Below, one piece after another: positions 60,166 to 64,000 of a stretch of 64,000 nt of DNA. This DNA is from an uncultured cyanobacterium. GTDB lineage: Bacteria; Cyanobacteriota; Cyanobacteriia; Cyanobacteriales; CAWUOF01. Both the position numbers and the translations under genes were made by a program. The notes below the pieces were generated by a model. The model was not told the DNA's origin, did not search any database, and saw only the letters and a program-made list of their open reading frames with translations. The stretch's first letter is position 1. Each line of letters begins with the position of its first letter. The stretch spans positions 7,360,001 through 7,424,000 of the forward strand of contig CAVUSO010000001.1 in NCBI GenBank assembly GCA_963744145.1. The letters run 5' to 3'.

Positions 60166-62379
60166 TTAATGGAGTAAAGCGATCGCGCGGTTCGTTAATA
60201 ATTCAGCAGTCAAACCATTAAATGCCATTAATTCATTAGCATTAGCAGTAGTTTCTCCTCGTTTCCAAGCAAAAGTATCGCGTTTAGCATGACTGCGTAA
60301 CATAATTGGTTCTAGCATAGCAGCAGCACCACCAGTGACACCAATCAGCACATCAGCATCAAACAAATTAGCAAAATCGTGATCACTTAAAAAATCACCA
60401 TCCGGTTCCGAACAGGTATTCCAAGCTACATCATCAGAACGATATAAACGACGGGGATTAATTACAGAAATAATCCGGAATCCAATTCCTTGTGCTGCTA
60501 AAGACTTGGCTGATTCAAATACAGGAATCAGGGTCATATCACCAATTACCGCAAAGACAACAGTTCGCTGTCCTGGAGTTTCTTGCAATACTACCGCACC
60601 ATCACGTAAACCTTGCTCCGTTTGAGCAAAAGTAGTACGAATTGGTAAAGGTGATTTACTAGCAGTAATGACAATTCCTTTATTTTTAGCAGTTAAAGCC
60701 CAGTTATAACAGACTTGAATACTATTAGCATCAGGTGGAAATAAGGGAAATATATTGCCATTACGCATCATCGCAGCAAAATAAGCTTCAATTTCTGGTC
60801 GTTGATGAGTCCAACCATTACGTCCTTGCTCTAAAGCACCAGCAGTATATAAAGTAATTGCAGCGGGAGTTGGACGTTTTAATTCAGCCATTGCTTGGGT
60901 GACAGTTTGCCAAATTGGTAACCCATTGATCGCAAAAGATTCATAGGAACACCACAGCGATCGCGCTCCCATTAAATTTAAACCAACTGCTAACCCAGCA
61001 CAAGCATCTTCACTGAGAGGTTCATAGACTTGTCCAGTTGGTGCTTGATTATAAAGGTCATCAGTGGTAGGGTGAATAATTTTCAGGGCTTGATTAATAT
61101 TAGCAATTCCCGATGCTTCATTACCATCCGCATTAGTCACTAAAAATGAGCGATCGCTAGCTCCCACCTGTCCCACTAAACGTCCCATTGCGGTAGTAGA
61201 AACCTTCGCTTCCCCTCCGATTGGATATTCTTCTAAAGGTAATTTTCCTAAATCTGGTAAGGGTAACTCAAATTCCGTCACCGCAGTTTTAGCTGCTGGT
61301 CCACCACCAGCTCGCTCACAATTTGTCCGAACTAATTGCCAAGCTTCGGGAGATAGAGCGCGGACTTTTAAAGCTTCAATAATATGAGGACTATCTAAAG
61401 TATCTTTAGGATAAAGATTGTGAGATTTTGCACCCCGAGCATGAACACCTGCACCTTTTAACTGTTTAATGATCAATACAGTTAGCTTCCCACCCAGAGC
61501 AGATTTAGCGGCTTGATCAACTCCAACTAATACCGCTTTGGTAAATTCTAGTCGTTTTTCACTCGAAAATACCGTACTACCTACATAAGCTCCCGACTGA
61601 TTTTGATCGTCAAAATCTTTAGCATCAATTAAAATAATTTCTGCAAAACCATTACCGCGCCAATAATCAATCATTTCCTGATTAGATTTGGTAGAAACCA
61701 TGCTATGATGTTCTTGGCTGTAACCATTCCAAACTAACACAGGTAAAAAGTTGGTGATGCTGGGATAAGCGGTATGAAAGTGTGCCATACTACTCATCGG
61801 GTAAGGTTCACCCATACCACCGTCACCGAGCGTGAAAGGAAACAGTCGATCTCGGTGGAGGAGTGCTGCTGACATGGCAAAATGCTGTCCTTGTCCAAGT
61901 GGACCTGCGGGAGCCAGAATACCAGGAATATAGCCGGAAAGGTGTCCTAAAAGACCATGTTTTTCCCGAAAGCGATCGCGCAAATGTTGGACTGTAAGAA
62001 TATTCATATCCTCCAGCGATCGGTCGAGGAACATCGCACTATAGAAACCGGGAGCATGATGTCCAACTTCGGTCAGGATGTTTTTGTACCCCAGCATGAC
62101 TAAAGCAGCATAAGCTTCTGCTTGACTAGCAAATCCACCTGGATGTCCAGATGATTTACTTGCAGTAGTTTGTAAGGTCAGATAGCGCAATGCGTCAGCA
62201 AATAATAAGGTCTGAAAGCTAGCTGCTGGATCACCCGGATCAGCGATCGCTACTGTTGCTTCAGCAATTATCGGTGTTTTCCCGTAGGTTTCCCACCCAG
62301 GGAAAGCGTCCCCAAAATACTGAATACCTTCACAAAAAGCTGGTATTGATAAGGTAGCTGGTTGATTAGCTATGGTCAT
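60166..62379 (-). CDS. Phosphoketolase (TPP-dependent)
   Basis: SGHPGG, GPLGQG, GDGG...N TPP motif, EPLSEDAC, SYESF, EQGRNGWTHQRP. Confidence 0.88.
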   Translation of the reverse strand: MTIANQPATLSIPAFCEGIQYFGDAFPGWETYGKTPIIAEATVAIADPGDPAASFQTLLFADALRYLTLQTTASKSSGHPGGFASQAEAYAALVMLGYKNILTEVGHHAPGFYSAMFLDRSLEDMNILTVQHLRDRFREKHGLLGHLSGYIPGILAPAGPLGQGQHFAMSAALLHRDRLFPFTLGDGGMGEPYPMSSMAHFHTAYPSITNFLPVLVWNGYSQEHHSMVSTKSNQEMIDYWRGNGFAEIILIDAKDFDDQNQSGAYVGSTVFSSEKRLEFTKAVLVGVDQAAKSALGGKLTVLIIKQLKGAGVHARGAKSHNLYPKDTLDSPHIIEALKVRALSPEAWQLVRTNCERAGGGPAAKTAVTEFELPLPDLGKLPLEEYPIGGEAKVSTTAMGRLVGQVGASDRSFLVTNADGNEASGIANINQALKIIHPTTDDLYNQAPTGQVYEPLSEDACAGLAVGLNLMGARSLWCSYESFAINGLPIWQTVTQAMAELKRPTPAAITLYTAGALEQGRNGWTHQRPEIEAYFAAMMRNGNIFPLFPPDANSIQVCYNWALTAKNKGIVITASKSPLPIRTTFAQTEQGLRDGAVVLQETPGQRTVVFAVIGDMTLIPVFESAKSLAAQGIGFRIISVINPRRLYRSDDVAWNTCSEPDGDFLSDHDFANLFDADVLIGVTGGAAAMLEPIMLRSHAKRDTFAWKRGETTANANELMAFNGLTAELLTNRAIALLH

Positions 62380-62583
62380 GCTAAGTTTCCTAAGTGACTT
62401 TAATGTTATGGTTCAACAATTATTTCATGAGTTTTGCAACATTAATGTTGCCAAAGTTGATTAATCTAACTGAAGATCCTGATTAGATAAATAAATAAGT
62501 TAAATTTATTGTCGCACGTCTGAATCATCGCCCAAAATTAAGCTTAGACAAAGTTCTCTCCTATTTATCCTTACCTAGCTTTA

Positions 62584-64000
62584 ATGATCGCCCCAAATTC
62601 TCCGGATGGTCTGTTACCCGAACAGCCCCAGTTATCTTCCCATCTTTCTCCCCTAACTCGTATTTTCAATCGTTTAGAGCCAACCCCAGAAACAGTCGTG
62701 ATGATCTTGGCTGTTTTGATTGGTGGTAGCACAGGGATGGGTGTGGTCACCTTCCATTATTTAATTGACCTGATCCAAAAGCTTACCCTCGAAGATTTAA
62801 TGGGAGTAATTTCTCCTTGGGGTGCTTGGACTTTAGCTTGTGTCCCGACAGTTGGTGGATTAATTATTGGGTTGATGCGTTGGTATAATCCCGATTTTGG
62901 TCCTGGGATTTCCTCCCTCATTGCTGCGGTCCAACAATCTAAGCGTTCCGCTCCAATTGTACTCAGACCTGTCACCAAAATGGTTGCTGCTTCAGTTTCC
63001 TTGGGCACAGGGGCTTCTTTGGGACCAGAAGGTCCAAGTGTGGAAATAGGTGCTAATTTCGGGATGTTAGTTAGTCTAGCGTTACAAGTATCTCAAGAAA
63101 GGCAACGTTTACTTTTAGGTGCTGGAGCGGCAGCTGGTTTGGCGGCTGGATTTAATGCACCGATCGCTGGAGTTTTTTTTGCTCTAGAAGTAGTCTTGGG
63201 TGCCACATTTGCTACTTCGGCTGTGAGTGTGGTTCTATTAGCAGCAGTGGTTTCGGCTTTAATTGCTCAAATTGGCTTAGGAGCAAAGCCAGCTTTTACC
63301 TTACCTTTATATCTAGTGCGATCGCCCCTAGAATTACCTCTTTATTTAGGGTTAGGGTTATTAGCTAGTTTAGTCGCGATCGCTTATACTCAAGCGATTA
63401 AATTCGCGCAAAGCTGCTTTCATGGTCAAGTTTCTGGATTAAAATGGCTAGCCCAGATTCCTCCATTTATTCATCCAGTAATTGGTGGTGCTTGTATTGG
63501 ATTAGTAGCTTTAAAATTGCCACAAATTCTCGGGATTGGCTATGAAACTATTGCTGCGATGCTCCAAGATGTGGAATTTTCCCTGCAATTATTGCTAATT
63601 TTATTAGTTGTTAAACTATTAATGACAGCGCTGAGTGTGGGGAGCGGATTAGTGGGTGGTATTTTTGCACCCGCGATGTATTTAGGTGCATCGTTAGGTT
63701 CAGCCTATGGAAAAATATTAGCCCTAACTATCCCAGGGATTAGCTCATTTATTGCCGGACCACCAGCTTATGCAATGGTCGGGATGGCAGCGGTATTAGC
63801 AGGAAGTGTCCGGGCTCCTTTAACTGCGATTTTATTACTGTTTGAACTAACTAGAGATTATCGGATTGTTTTACCTTTAATGGCAGCAGTCGGTTTAAGT
63901 GTCTGGTTAGTAGAACGATTAAAACCCATCTCAACTCCCCAAATAAATTTACAACAAATTGGGTTAAATATTGAAACAGATTATCATCGAGAAATATTAG
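62584..64000 (+). CDS. ClC family chloride channel/antiporter, runs off window end (absent from ORF track)
   Basis: Open frame from ATG 62584; GASLGPEGPSVEIG, GFNAPIAGVFFALE, GIGY, GGIFAPAM, APLTAILLLFELT. Confidence 0.93.
   Translation, partial: MIAPNSPDGLLPEQPQLSSHLSPLTRIFNRLEPTPETVVMILAVLIGGSTGMGVVTFHYLIDLIQKLTLEDLMGVISPWGAWTLACVPTVGGLIIGLMRWYNPDFGPGISSLIAAVQQSKRSAPIVLRPVTKMVAASVSLGTGASLGPEGPSVEIGANFGMLVSLALQVSQERQRLLLGAGAAAGLAAGFNAPIAGVFFALEVVLGATFATSAVSVVLLAAVVSALIAQIGLGAKPAFTLPLYLVRSPLELPLYLGLGLLASLVAIAYTQAIKFAQSCFHGQVSGLKWLAQIPPFIHPVIGGACIGLVALKLPQILGIGYETIAAMLQDVEFSLQLLLILLVVKLLMTALSVGSGLVGGIFAPAMYLGASLGSAYGKILALTIPGISSFIAGPPAYAMVGMAAVLAGSVRAPLTAILLLFELTRDYRIVLPLMAAVGLSVWLVERLKPISTPQINLQQIGLNIETDYHREIL

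Noticed and set aside
62757..63008. 83-aa minus-strand ORF and similar short antisense ORFs in the track
   Set aside because: Shadow frames of well-supported genes on the opposite strand
1..64000. HIP1 (GCGATCGC) abundance as a novel repeat; prophage or intact IS
   Set aside because: HIP1 is a well-known cyanobacterial genome signature; no phage, integrase or DDE transposase genes were recognised

Overview
AT-rich chromosomal window from a cyanobacterium. Evidence: very frequent HIP1 octamer GCGATCGC, plus psb29, ndhS, ccmK, ycf34, minCDE and several Uma2/DUF820 genes. Core genes include rodA, mrp, hemF, gyrA, lnt, clpS, tsaB, minCDE, phosphoketolase and a ClC transporter, interleaved with accessory loci. 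Most notable non-standard structures: (1) a compact tRNA-gene array (12835-14209; 9 apparently foldable tRNAs, 2 decayed ones, an embedded HNH nuclease) behind a sigma70-type promoter overlapped by two TGTAGTAT repeats and followed by a boxA-like leader; (2) an unannotated 35-aa membrane-protein gene whose 3' end is duplicated exactly 2800 bp downstream, bracketing an integrase-free islet with a toxin-antitoxin pair and an Rpn nuclease; (3) 24-nt mobile units nested inside themselves up to three deep within REP-like hairpins; (4) an acr3-arsC unit flanked by direct copies of a MITE-like element; (5) a Cya2-type cyclase/MBL hydrolase operon, an orphan CcmK with an altered pore motif, and a convergent pair of ATP-grasp ligases. 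Five conserved genes carry single-base lesions, most simply explained as assembly errors. All family calls are by motif recognition; no database search was run.
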